From NCBI GenBank assembly GCA_013239625.1, contig MU053379.1, positions 8,490 through 72,489 on the forward strand: a DNA stretch of 64,000 bases, written 5' to 3'. The stretch is from Lama guanicoe (taxonomy: Eukaryota). Position 1 is the stretch's first letter, and the number at the start of each line of letters is the position of its first letter. The notes beneath the pieces were generated by a model. The model had not been told where the DNA came from and did not search any database. It worked only from the letters and a program-made list of their open reading frames with translations. Below are positions 49,921 to 63,026 of this stretch, piece by piece. The position numbers and the translations under genes were made by a program.

Positions 49921-52900
49921 TTTTATTTAAATCCTAACATTTTATGTACTTTGAACAATAACACATATTTACTTCCTTCCAAGGGTTGACCTCTTAAGAA
50001 CTCTACTTCTCTGTCTAAAATGAGAAGGAGGAACTTGATTAGTGGTATTCAGACTTAGCTCAAAGGAGTCAAGATTTAGTGATGACCCCTGCTCTCCTCT
50101 CATTCCGGAAGTTCCCATGGTGGATGGGGCAGGGGGATCCAGGGTGGGGAGCTAAATCCGCAGCTCTAACTCAGGTAGATCAGCTCAGATTTGATCCGTT
50201 TTGTTTCTGCTTTGAGTCAAGTGTTTTAAAAACAAACTTTCAAACATTATTGAACTAAGCTTCACTCCAGCTAAAATATGTCATGATTATGTAATCATTT
50301 AAAATACTTTCAACACCTGTAAGCGCCAATAAACGTCTGAAGCATTTGTCTGAAGATACCGAGGGACATCTTTTTTCTGTGAAACGTTAGTAGGTTTTTA
50401 TGGGAAGCACAATAAAGCCAGAGAGAAAAAGATGTCATTAAAATTGAGTCTGGGAGTGATGTTCTTTGTCTAGATTTTCTTGGTCAACATCTTGACTCTT
50501 ATCTTCATACAGGATCCACCTCATCCAGGTATCCGTGTATAAACATACGTACAGAAGTTCATCAGCACATGGATGTGTAGTCTGAGAAGAGAAATCTGTG
50601 CCTTGCATTGGGTAAAGATACATGTCACTGAACAGAACGATGCTATAGGGGTTCTGATATGCAGCTCCAGTCTTTAACCAGGGTGGGGAAGGGACATGCT
50701 CCGGGGCTAAACTGGACTTTCTCATGCATTTTCCTGGTCTCACAGGTCTGGTCTGCCTGGGAGCACCCTCTTTGTGTTGTGCTGGGATTGTGCCTGTGGC
50801 TCCAGGAAGGACTAACTCTGCAGATGCTGACAGCTCCGTGTCTGCTTTCTCTCGGAGGGACAGCTGGCATCTGGGGTCCACATCCTTTCAGGATGCGATG
50901 TTCTAGAAGACCCTCCACTGGTGGCAATCTCTTCTGCCTGAAGACTGAACAGGAAGAGAGCCATACCTGTGGACAGGACTGGACACCTCCTGGGTGGCAG
51001 CATTAAATAACTTCCCAGCCCTACTCGTCCAGGGTGTTCTGGTTGTTGGTCCAAGGCACCATGTCTATGGGTGAACTGCCTTTCATATTTGTAGGACCAT
51101 GGCAAGAACACAAATGGTGGCTCTTAGCCTATGGTTGGCCTCCTAGTCTCCTTCCCCCTGACTCCATCCTGCACAGCATGGGACCTTGTACCCATATGTG
51201 GACACCTGAGCCTACAAGTTTAAGCCCCATTCATATCCTCCACAAAAAGCCACCCTTTGGGCCTAAGGGTGCATAACTTATTTAGCATGGCCATGCTTGA
51301 GAGGCAAGGCCAAGGAGAGAGGTTGTGCAGAGGGTCCCAAGGTCTGAATGGATGTATGCGGTCTCTGGGTGGGCACATTCCCTAAGCCCTGCACACACCC
51401 ACTCTGGAAAAGGGCCAGAGCAAGGCCACTACAGTAGAAGGCCGGGGCAAGGGAGTCTCTTTCCTGGGTTCAAGGATGGTGCTACAGTCCCCAGTGGAAT
51501 GATGTTATTGTACCTAATTTCTGCTTCTTACTTTACTCATTCAATGACACTATGCAGAAATCCGTACACACCATAATGTGTTCTCCTTTGATGCCTGCAT
51601 ACTATTTCATGGTATAGATGTGTCATAATTTACCCAGCCAGGTCTTTGTTAATGGACATTGACAGACCAGTGTTCAGTTTTCAGCTACGAACAATGCTGT
51701 CGTAAGTGTACGTCCTTACCTATGATGGTATTATTCCTTAGGATTTTGGTATCTCCGGGAGTGGAAGTGATACACCAAGAATAAACAACTTCGACTCTAC
51801 TGGATGGTGCCAAATGGTCAAGACACACGGGAGAAGATACTCAATTCACTAGTCATCAGGGAGATGCAACTTAACCTAACAGTGAAGCATTGCTTTACCT
51901 CCATCAGTTCGAAAAATTGTGGGGGAAAAAAGCTGTAACATCAATATAACTCTGGGGAGAAGCAGAAGGCCTCATACCTTGCTGATGGAAACATGAAATG
52001 CCCCAACCCTCCTGGAAGGCGGCTTAAAGCTTATCTATAGGGTCAGGAAAATAAGTCCCTCGTCTCTTCATGTTTCTTTCCACGTCTATGAATACACACA
52101 TGACGGCACGCTCAGCTCGCCTCCATGTGGATTATGCCTGCCCCTCTCCCAGGGAGTGGAGTCGGAAGGCTGAGGCTCACAGGCTTCGTGCACCAGCCGC
52201 AAGCCTCACGTGGGCTCTGAGAACCTCATCTCCTGGGTGGCGGTGGCCGATGTCACTCATCTTGGACACACAGGGATGGAACAAAAGTGTGAGACTGTTG
52301 AGGAAAGCAGGCTCAACAGATAAGCTCTGAGGAAAGCTCCCCTTTCCTTGATTCAGCAAGTTTTCAGTGCAGATGCCCCCAAATTTGGTTCTCTCCAAAG
52401 TCCCTATCTGGCTATGAGGAAGCCCATAATTCTTTTCCAGAGGACTCCCTCCAGTTGAGAAATTTCTAGCCGTAATTCAGTAGTGTCCTCTGTTTTTTTC
52501 TGGGTCAAGCAGGCTGTTAGCCTCGGTACTCACCACCCCCGTCCCCATCTGTCTCCAGTGCTTCTGGAAATGCTATGGATTTTCAGTACGGTTGATAAAA
52601 CAGAGATAAAAAGCCCAATTTTTCTTTTTATGATAGATATGACTAATTAACTATAAATGTCAAGTATCCACAACTTAATTAATTCCAGTTCATTTAACTA
52701 TTGTAATTAGATTTTTTTCCCAAACAAAGCAACAGTCTGTTTTCGAAGGTCATAGACTAATATTACAATGAACAAGGCTGAGAGGCCTGTACTTCGGATG
52801 AAAGGTAACTGATGGCTGGTGCCTGTGGGGGAAAAAGACCACAAAAAATAAAAAATGATTGGCAGGCTGATGAATAGAGTTTGTTCGAAATGTATACTTA

Positions 52901-53718
52901 ATGCATCTTTGATTAATAGTGCCAACAAATCCTTGAAATCAAGCCTTAAAAAATTTTAGAGACTTTTCATTACAAAAAGAAGATTGAAAAAAGAAATCTG
53001 ACTGGAGTTTGAGTCAGACAGACCCACAAGAAGTCAGAATTCTAATTAGTGGGGAATGTCTCTTTTGTTTAAAAAAAAGCCATTTAAATGGGCACATTCG
53101 ATTACACATACATCAAAGTTCTCCAAGGCATAGTCTTGATGGGGATAGATTTAATCAAGGAAGGGTTAACTTGTTTGCCTTAAAAAAAAAACTTAAGAGA
53201 TTCTGAAGATTCTGGTCGGGGCCTCTGGTAACTGGGAGAGGGGTTTTGAAGGCTATTCGAAAGGCAGTAAAAGAAAGGGAGACCCAGTCTACATGGATGG
53301 GCGTGTGTTCACCCACCTGTGGGCAGCGGGACTCTACCAAAAATGGAAGGAATTTCCCAAGGAGTGAATGTGGTCAACGTAGTTCAAAATGGAGATGTCT
53401 ATTATTCAATTTTAATGCGTTTTCTGTGCTTCCTTCTGCCACCATTTTCCCAAGAATCAAATTAAAGTCTTCCAAATGGAACTGGCTTGTGACAGAGGTG
53501 TGTCTGGGAAAGAAGGAAGCCAGCTGTGTTGGACATGGGCTGAGGACACGCGGAAGGAAGGTGGCAGCTGTAGGGGCCAGCAGGAGCTGGGTGCAGTAGG
53601 CAGCAGGGGCAAAGGAGAAGCATACGGCGGGGAGGAACACCAGTAGAAAGAACACCTTCCCGACACCCCCCAGAGGTAACGGCCAGGACCTGGACCTCTG
53701 GTAGTGCATGTGTGGGGC

Positions 53719-54052
53719 TGCTGACCTGAAACAAATGGATGCCCCGGCGTTTCTCCAGCAATGAGGGATTTACTCAGGATTAGCAGAGAATCACAACTCA
53801 GAGTCTGCAACCATGGTGAGCTGCCTGCAAGTCCCACACGACAAGGGAAGGGTAGTGCTTTTGTAGAGAGGACAAGGAAGTTCCTGTGGTAAACAAGGAA
53901 TCCACAGCTTTTCATTGGCTGAGTCCTTGCCAGGAAAGAAGAGGAGTCTTTCTTCTTCCTGTTGGGCTCTGCTGTTGTCATCACAGGGCATGAGAGCTCC
54001 CCCTTCTGGTCACCCAGTTAGGTTTAACTGAGGTTTCTGTCTATTATTTACT
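53719..54052 (-). mobile_element. ERV1-type solo LTR (short, about 334 bp)
   Basis: TSD GGGC at 53715-53718 and 54053-54056; minus strand contains CCAAT (ATTGG) and ends TTTGTTTCAGGTCAGCA. Confidence 0.7.
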
Positions 54053-54308
54053 GGGCACAGGACATAGATAGGGCACAGGCCTTTTTCATACTTTTTTACT
54101 GACTCATTCCCTTTATTTACCCATTTTCAGTTGGTTCACTTCCATCCCTCCATGGTTTCCAATTAACTTTTAAGTGATTGTGAACTCACATATTTAAACA
54201 TATTTGTTAAGTTTTAATCATTTGCAGCTATCATCTTTATTAGTGCTCAGATTGTCCCATCTCTGGCCCAAGGGAGCCTCTTGAAACTGCATTTTTCACA
54301 AGCCATTT

Positions 54309-54500
54309 AAAAAATTTTAGATATAGTTGACACATAACATTATATTACTTTCTGGTGTACAACATAATGACTTGGTATTTGTATAGACTGTGAAATGATC
54401 ACCACCATAAGTCTAGTTAACATCTACCACCTTCCATTGCTACAATTTCTTTCCTAGTGATGAAAACTTTTAAGATCTACTTAAATGATTTTTAAAGTAG
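54309..54500 (-). mobile_element. Short L1MA-like 3' end
   Basis: TTTCTGGTGTACAACATAATGA...GTGATGAAAACTTTTAAGATCTAC; TSD CACAAGCCATTT at 54297-54308 and 54501-54512. Confidence 0.85.
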
Positions 54501-54540
54501 CACAAGCCATTTTTTAGTATGAAGTCACTTTTAAGCCACT

Positions 54541-54623
54541 TTGTTGTTGTTGTTGTTAATGGAGGCACTGGGGATTGAACCTGGGAACATGCGCTCTACC
54601 ACTGAGCTACACCCCCCATCCCC
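54541..54623 (-). mobile_element. tRNA-Ala-derived SINE (vic-1-like), internally deleted, (GTT)n tail
   Basis: GGGGATTGAACCTGGGA joined directly to ACATGCGCTCTACCACTGAGCT; TSD TAAGCCA on both sides. Confidence 0.88.
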
Positions 54624-57082
54624 TAAGCCATTATTTAATAGGAAGAAAAAAGGGTAGCTGTAGGGACACCGAGGCAGAAGACATCTGTGAACCGGCATTC
54701 TTCCAGCTCCTCTTATCCCCTCTTCCTTTCATCCCTCTTTTGTAAAACACCAGATCACTTGACCTTAGTTCAGGCATCTTATCAGACTCAAAGGAAAACC
54801 GTGACTCAGTTTCCTGTGTGTACTTCTGAAGTGCCCACTATGGCCCAGGCTGTGCCAGACAATGCTTCCGGCTCTAGTGGCCTGATTCTTGACTCTGATC
54901 ATCTGGTATGTCCCACTGTTGGTGAACACAGTCACAGCAGTGACTTTCTCAACTTGGCCTAGATGGTAACATCTGAATGGGAGTCAACTTGTCAGATTAA
55001 ATTGGCCGAGGCGCCCACGATAAAAGCCAGAGTGAAAGGTCATCATTGTTCAGTAGTTTGGGTAATGCTTCCTTCCTGAATGGCCTGCCGTGATTGATAG
55101 ACGGGAGCTTCATCCTTGCAGGGAGTTTCCAAGCATTGGCAATTGGGTTCATGGCCCACGGCCAGAGTGGACACATGGAGATGCCACTGCTGATGGCATT
55201 GCTGACCGTGCTGTAACTGTGATGAAACTGGTAAGAGCAAAGTAGAACTCCTTCTTCCTGTTTACTCTAGCTGTTTATAAATGAGTCATGTTTCAAATTT
55301 CCAGAAGCCTTCCCTCCAAACTCTTCTTGAATTCTCAGGAAGGGCATCTGTCTGTGTGGTTCTCACTTTCTCAGATGCTCAAGGGCCAGGAAGTCTTTCT
55401 GGGGTAGATTTTCTGTGAGGCTGCTGTCTTTGGAAAGATCACGTCAGGGTCCTGGGGAGCAGAGGGGTCAATGGTGAGGACAGTGACTCCCTGCTCCAAT
55501 CTTCTTCCATCTCTGTGGCCAGTTCAGTGTCCACCACAATGGCCTGGCGTGGAGACAAGGGACCATTTGAAAAATTCTCTCCCTACCCTGATGTAGAAAA
55601 GATAGAGTCAGACAAGTTTGCACCTTGGCTCTAACATTTGTTATTTATATGGGTTTGAACATTGACACTGGGCTCTTTGTAAAACAGACTCAGAGAAAGA
55701 AGTCTTGAGGGCCAGTAGTTTGCTTGGGAAGTGACTCTTGGAAGCACTGGTATAGGAGAGCAGAAGGGAGGCATGAAGGGAAGGTGCAAGATGCATTCAT
55801 GAGAAATTGACTACTGTGGGCAACTGCATCTCATTTCCACTGGGGGACGCTGGGAGGGGGTGCAGAGCATGCCTCAGCAACACCCCACACAGGAGGAGAG
55901 GAAGCCGGGGGTATTTATCCACTGACACCTATCCAACGGGGGGTGGGGACTGCTCCCAGCAGTGTTAACACTCCAGCCTTTCTGTTCTCTGTGTATGGGC
56001 TGAGTTTGCAGCTGCAGCCAGAGAAAACCAGGCAAAAGGTAACAGGTGCTTGTTGTAAGAAGCCTCTGGCCTGGAGGTAAACGAGTGTGTGTGAGCGGTG
56101 AATCTGCTACAAACATGCTAGGCAATGTCTCTAGGCCTTGGTGTCCTGATGTGAAAAATGGAGATCACATTAGCTACTTTTCCAGGTTCTTGTGAAGGAT
56201 AAGAAGCTAATGTGATGGAAGTACTTGGCAGAGAGCACTCCAAGTAGGCACCGTCCTTTTTCTTGCAGAAACTCCATAGCTATGACAGCAAAGAATCTTG
56301 CCAACAGGCTCCAGGCTTTACAGAATTAGGGGGAAGGAGGAGGTGGGTTGGGGGAAGTGGGTAGACACTGGGCTGAGCAGTGTTGACGGACAGGAATATA
56401 AAGCATCAGGTAGAGGATTGTATCCTTGTCCACGGGGATCCTTTAATATATTTGCATAGAAAGATAAGATTTCTGCAGTTTCTTCACTGAGTTTTCCCAA
56501 TGGCACCTCTTTAGTATAATATGCAATGTGTTTCAGAAGCCAAATTGCTGCCTGGCATCTTAAAATGGAATCTTTGCTTTGGGAACAGGGAGCAGAACAT
56601 GAATAATATGTACCAATATATTTCCTCCCAGTCTTCAAAAAATGATGTACTTTCTGTCATTAACCCAACACATCCCACACTCCCTTTTAGGAGGGGAAAT
56701 TGTCTCATGGGGGCATTTGAGATGCCTGTCATTCTTGCTTCTTCCATTTGACAGTTGCAGAGACAGGACGAGAGGGACATCCTGGTAAACAGGCTATCGA
56801 CTCTAGTCCTCATGAATTGGTAATATCCAGAGCCTCACAAAAGAAAATGAGAACATTAAACTCTGTTTCTCAAATCAGGCACTGGTAAATGGGTTACACA
56901 TGGCTTTGAATCTTCTCTTGGCGAGGAAGACAGCACAGCTTGCATGCATTTGTGGGCAGGCGGGGCTGAGTGTGTGTGTGGTATGTGTGTGGTGTGTTTT
57001 AGGGGATGGCCCAGGCTAAGGAATAACTAGGATCAGAGACCTAGCCCATCATATCTCTTTTTGTTCTTACCTTGAGATTAAT

Positions 57083-57500
57083 GTATCAGTCAGGATAGGC
57101 TAGGCTACGCCAAGATAACAAACAGCCCTTAAATTTCAGTGTCTTATACACACAAAGATTGATTTCTTACTCCTTCTATGTGTCCATCAAGGGTCAGCTG
57201 TGAACTGAACGCTGCCTCTGCGTATCTGATTTCCCTCTAGGACCCAGGCTGATCAAGAGCCATTATCTGAGAAGTTTCTAGTAACTATGGAAAAGCCGAG
57301 AGAGAGAGAGAGCCCTGGATCATTCTCCATCAATAATTAAATGATCAGCCTGGCAGTGACACACATCACTTGTGCTCACAGCTTATTGCCCAGAATTGGT
57401 CATGGTTACCAATCAACCCCACGGGCTCTAGGAAGAGTAATGCTGACACGTACCCAGAGACAACTCGAATGTTTGATGAACAGCAGTGACAACCACCTGA
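57083..57500 (-). mobile_element. Old MaLR LTR (MLT1J/K-like)
   Basis: TGTATCAGTCAGGATAGGCTAGGCTACGCC...TAACAAACAGCCCTTAAATTTCAGTG is a typical antisense MLT1 end. Confidence 0.65.
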
Positions 57501-57616
57501 TGGCCAGTCAGCTTGGGGTCATCATTAGCTTCCTGCTATTATACAGAAATGGCCCATCTCAGAGATACAGTATCACCATATTCAAGATATAAAATTTCAA
57601 TCGTTTGTTTCTAGAC

Positions 57617-57820
57617 CAGCTCTGTCCAACAGAACTTTCGACAGTAACGGAAATATTCTCTGCATTGTCCAGTACAGTAGCCTCTAGCCAGATATAGATA
57701 TTAAGCACTTGAAACGTGGCTAGGATGACTCAGGGACTAATTTTTAAATTTGTATTGAACTTTAATTAACTTAGATTTAAATTTGAATAACCACTAATGG
57801 CTGCTGTGTTGACCAACAAA
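57617..57820. mobile_element. hAT-Charlie element (MER3-like)
   Basis: CTGTCCAACAGAACTTTC...GGAAATATTCT...AGCACTTGAAACGTGGCTAG. Confidence 0.8.
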
Positions 57821-57914
57821 GTTGTTGACCATTGAAGGCACATTGTGGGTTTACTGTCCATCAGCAAGTGTAACAATAACATTACCTTCCCTCTTCTATT
57901 TGTACTGCATTCTA

Positions 57915-58090
57915 TAGTTTTCAAAATGCTCCTATATACACCACTCATCTCCTATGAGTCTCCCAACATCCCTAGGGGGTAGACAAGGAAGGTAATATTA
58001 CAATACCAATTTCATAGATATGAAAACCAAGATTCAGGAGTTTAAGTGATTTGCTCATGAAAATGGGAGGATTAGTGGTGCAAAGACTAG
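57915..58090 (-). mobile_element. MIR SINE
   Basis: CCAATTTCATAGATATGAAAACCAAGATTCAGGAGTTTAAGTGATTTGCTC is an antisense MIR core. Confidence 0.65.
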
Positions 58091-58436
58091 AAGAAACCAA
58101 GTGTCCAGGCAGAGGTGTGCCTTGTTTGACATTCTGTGCACCACTCAGCACGATACTTGGCCCTCAACAAATATTCGACCCAACACTTGAAGACTCTAAG
58201 AACTTCAAAGCTAGCCCACCTCTTCCTCTTTGGAAGCTCTTGTTTTCACAGGCATTTCCACAGCACCCTTTTCAGTATTATTCCATGCTAATCATAGAGT
58301 TAGCTTATATTAATCACACTCTTTCTTGGATTGGTATCTGTCAGTGTAATGTATGGATTTCTTTTTTTATCCAATTAAGTTGTAAACTCTTTAAGTTCAT
58401 AAGCTTTTTTTTTTTGTCAATTTCCTCAGTGCCCAG

Positions 58437-58542
58437 TAGGGTGACCAACTCTCCCAGTTTGTCTGAGAGCGATTTCTCAGAATGCAGGATTTCCAGTGCC
58501 CAAACCAGGATAGTCCCAGGCATTGGGACAGCTGGGCACCCA
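58437..58542. mobile_element. hAT-Blackjack MITE (MER81/MER94-like)
   Basis: TIRs TAGGGTGACCAACT...AGCTGGGCACCCAA. Confidence 0.7.
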
Positions 58543-61188
58543 AGGGTCTGGCACAAGGCTGAGTTCACAGATTAAACTGAATTGAATATTAAAATAGTAA
58601 AACTGTGTATAAATCACAACACTTAACCACAGTCACCTGAGCATCTTAGGTACTCTGTAAGTGCTTTATCTCGACTTACGACAAAAATTAAGGGTGATGA
58701 ATTTTTCATATGCTTCCCATGTCGTAACAGTAAACTAAGAAAATGGATTGTGGGGAGAACTGTGTGATGCCAGTAGACCTCTCTTCTTCTGTTTTTACAT
58801 CAGGTTTTAATGTTATTTCAAAGTCAAGTTTAAAGAGAAATTATGTAGTGCTGGTCTTGGATGCAGCAGGCACTGTTAACAACACACACAATCAAATGAT
58901 GGCCTTTTTCAAAAGCTTCCATTGACTTTAGGTAACTATTCTAAAGTTCAAATGTTTATTTTCAAACTTTGATGCTTTCACTCATTCTCTGAAATAACCA
59001 TAACCTTCTATCTCTCTGGGGAAAAGGCCAAGCAAGCTCTTGCCTTGTGGCTTTTCCAAGTCTCTACTCTCAAAGCAGGGCCAGAGCTTTGATTTTGATC
59101 TGTGGATCTGGCACGGGGGTGGGGGGCGAGGCTCATTCTCTGTTGTGCCTTGAGCCTCTGAATGCCTCAAGACAGTATATTGATTTTCTTGACTTTTCAA
59201 ATGAGAAGGTGCCTTTTGAATACCAATAAGGCCACTCTCTACACACCTCCTGAATGACGATCCCCTTCTGCATTTGTGTGCAGAATAGCAATGCCTTGAG
59301 TGTTTCTCATCACAATATGCAGCTTTGCTGATTTCTGCATCACTATCACCTGGTGAACTGCATCAGGACCTCTGCTGGCCCTCATTTTATCCAAGAGCTG
59401 TGTTTTTTTAAAAATTCGGGGTTAATCTAACTTACAGAAATCAAATGCTTTGGCATTTGGTATCTGTAAGGATGTTGTAGAAGACAGCTTATGGTCCAAG
59501 TGACACAGCCCCTCTCCCTGAAGTCTGAAATCTTGTGAGTTTGGGTATCCTTACCTCTGTTTTAGTGCTAAGTAATTTTGGAGATTTGTCTCTTTCATTC
59601 CTGTGCGATCTTCAATTAGCAATGGCCTCTAATACTTTAGTTTAGACTTACTCCCATGGACATGCCCAGAACAGGATCTCAGTTAGCAGGTGGGACGTCC
59701 ATATGTGCAGATGGACAGCAGAGACGGAGAACAAAACAGTGTTGTGTGCATTGCCTGCCATGAAATTGGTAGAAGAAGAAATTGCTTTCTGAGGTCCTCT
59801 TGACCAATCCCTAGGGCCCGTGGACATAGATTTGGAGATGGGAAGGGAATGCAAAGAATGACAGGGCACTTTTGTCCTCGGCCACAGAGAAGGTGCAATT
59901 ACAGTGGGATCTTCAAGCAAAAGGAATCCAAGGAATGTCTCAAGTTGAACTACAGAATAAAATTAAGACCCACTGAAGAGCTGCAGGTCTTCAGTTTCCA
60001 ATTAAGCATTTGCCATCATGACTCAAACCCTCCTCCGGGATCTGCCAATACCTAGGCTGTGCCCCAAACCAACTGAGCCAGAATCACCAGGGTGGGATCC
60101 AGTCATTCTTTTTTTAAAGATTTTCCAGCTGATTCCAATGTGCAGCCCAGCCTTAGGACCACTTAGTAAAAGACTGTCATGTTGTGAGTTTCTTGAAAAA
60201 AGGTCATTAGGGAAGCTTCTCTGGGGTGATGCAAAGAGCTCACGGGAGGTGTATGTGGCCAAATTCTGGAATTTGCTTCTCAGTTCAGTGCTTTGTTTCT
60301 AATCCTCACAATTATGGCATGAGAGAGATTCATATTAGGTCCAATTTATGCATCTTTCCAAGTTTCCTCAGATGCAAGGAGAATCTTGCTGCCACCATCA
60401 ACTTGTGTCTTGTTAACCCAGGAGTATGTTCTTGCTTTGTCTATGTTCTCTTAACCTGAGGGTGTGAAGACAGTGAGTTCCCGGCCACTGACTTGAGATT
60501 CAGTGTCTCCTCAATTAGTCTTTACTCTCACTGTGACTTTGATTCTGTGCTGCTGTTCGGCATCCTCATGATTGAATAGCTGTCTGCTTTTTCTCGCAGA
60601 AAACTCAATATTCTGCCTCCTTATATTTGCGTACGTTCCATCCCTGTCTCACTCTCCTTTCCTCCTCGCTCTCGCTGCCCTGGGGTTGGACCCCTCAGGA
60701 AAATGCTGAGAGGACATTTCGCCACATGTTTTATTTTGAAGGGCACCCGAGCTAAGACAGTATTATTATTCCAACAAATGCTGGTCTGTCTGTCTCCAAA
60801 GTCCATGCCCTTTTCACTCTTTCCTCTCTTTCTTACTGCCTCCAAGGAGGGAGAAAAACTGGATCTTGATCCCTGCTTTGATGCTGACTTTTTGTAAAAT
60901 CTCAGGAAAGCCACTTGTCTTCTTGAAGTCTGTTTCCTGATCTGTGGGATGAGAGAGCTGGGCTATCAGATGTCCTTACACTTCCGGATTCTGTGAATTT
61001 CTTTGACAGTTGGGTGAAACCTATGGGTTTTTTTCTCAGAATAATGTTTTTAAGTTCATAAAATAAAGTATACATTGAATTACAAAAAACCTACAATCAT
61101 ATTGAAATACACCTCTCATGAGAATATATGTGTACACATCTCACAAAATGTGTGATATGGTAACATATGTGCTTCTCTACTCATGTCT

Positions 61189-61299
61189 GTTTTTCCTTCT
61201 AGTTTTATTCAGACATAATTGCCATACAGTGCCGTATAAGTTTAAGGTGCACAGCTTAATGATTTGACTTACATACATCATGAAATGATTATCACAATA
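61189..61299 (-). mobile_element. Very short L1MA-like 3' end inserted in an older Charlie-like element
   Basis: TAAGTTTAAGGTGCACAGC...GAAATGATTATCACAAT; TSD TACTCATGTCT at 61178-61188 and 61300-61310. Confidence 0.82.
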
Positions 61300-62417
61300 T
61301 ACTCATGTCTTAAATAACTGCCTGTTTAATAACTGTTATAATATCTAAGGAGTGATTAGAAGGCTGTTTTGAGATAGTTATGAGAAAACAGGCCTGAAAG
61401 CAACTGGGCTGTAGTGATCCCAGTTGAAATAGAGAGTGCTCAAAGAATGTACATGATCATCAGTCAAGTTCACTGTGTGACAGTCTTTTGAATAAGACAA
61501 AGACACACTAGAAACACAATGATGGCTAAACACTCTCCTCTTACCATGAACACAAATGACTAAGGGCTTCTTTACCACTTGAATTCAGCCTTGCTTTATC
61601 ACTCCTGTCCTCTAGATAAAAATGATCTAGATATCCAAACACTGAATGACCCCATAGTATTGGCAGGACTCATCCAAAACTGTCACCCTCAACTTCCTTC
61701 AACTTCCTAGAATCACTCACAACGAGCCTGATCCTACTGCAGTCCCATACTAATTGGTTCTCACTCAGACGTCCATGGTTTCTCTGGGATGTGCTCTCCT
61801 TTGATGTTTTAAATAAGCCTAGACATCTGGATGATGACTGCATTCCTGGTGGCCTTTGGACAGCAGGCTTTAACTTCTGCAACAACTGTAACATGATATG
61901 AAAATAGCTGTGGCTCCTGCCAATGACAATATAGCTGTGGAGCCGAGGTTCAGATCCAGGCATTCTGGCTTTGGAGACTGAACTCTTAACCTCCATGCTC
62001 TACAGCTTCCAGGCATAAAGAATTAAAAAGCACAAAACGTAGGTAATCATACACCCCCGATAGACTTAACAGTCCATCAGTATACACAGCACCCCTAAGG
62101 GCAGGCACGAGTTACAGAGAAATTTTAGCTGGTACTGAAATCACCACCACGACAGGCAGTCACGGTAGTAAAGGAAACAAGCAACCACCACAGTGATCCT
62201 GCATTTGGGTGGCCCGCCATCCTTCCCGGACCGTCTGCAGGTGGGCCTCAGGCAGGGAGGGCAGACGCCCTGCTAAGGTTTTCCAGGGCATAGTTTAAGT
62301 CTTTTCTTTACCTGTGAGATCTAAAAAGAGACGCAACTCCTATAGGAGGAGAAGATGGGTCATTCTTAGCTCATCGTTGACGTTTTACTATTTATATTCA
62401 ACCAATATTTATTAAAT

Positions 62418-62803
62418 GCTAAAATTGACTGAGTTGTGCCCACCCCTCTCCAAATTCTATGTTGAAGCCCTAACTCCCAATATGACAAAATTTGGCAATA
62501 GGGCCTATAAAGAGATAATTGCGTTTAAGTGAGGTAATAAGGATGGGGCCCTAAGTCAGTAGGATCAGTGTCCTTATAAGAAGAAGAAGAGAGACCAGGG
62601 ATGTGTGAACATGAGACAAGGCCACGTGAGGACACAGCAAGAAGGCTGCCATCTGCAATCCAAGGAGGGAGGCCTCAGGAAAGCCCAGCCCTGCTGACAC
62701 CTTCACCTTGGGCTTCCGTGCTCCGGAACTGTGAGGAAACACATTTCTGTTGCTTAGTCCCCAGTCTGCGGTGTTTTGTTATGACAGCCCTGGCAAACCA
62801 ACA
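62418..62803 (+). mobile_element. MaLR solo LTR (MLT1A/B-like)
   Basis: AAATTCTATGTTGAAGCCCTAACTCCCAA...GTGTCCTTATAAGAAG...GTGTTTTGTTATGACAGCCCTGGCAAACCAACA. Confidence 0.87.
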
Positions 62804-63026
62804 CCTAATGAAGATGCTAGATGCTCTTACACGTTGTTTCATTAAATCATCACATGCAGAGGAACGCTGGGGCCATCTATTACTGGCTTGTGAGAGCCAA
62901 CTTGAAAAAGTTTTTAGCAGTTTTGTGCATTGGTTTTAAAAACTTCCATTATTAAAATGTAAGCTCTGTAAACTTAAAATGAAATAAATTATAGTTTTTA
63001 AAGGTGATGAATATGCAAAACCCATC

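Noticed and set aside
53457..53984. 175-aa minus-strand ORF
   Set aside because: Begins inside a solo LTR and has no recognisable homology
58051..58575. 174-aa ORF
   Set aside because: Runs across MIR, L2-like and MITE relics; no recognisable domain
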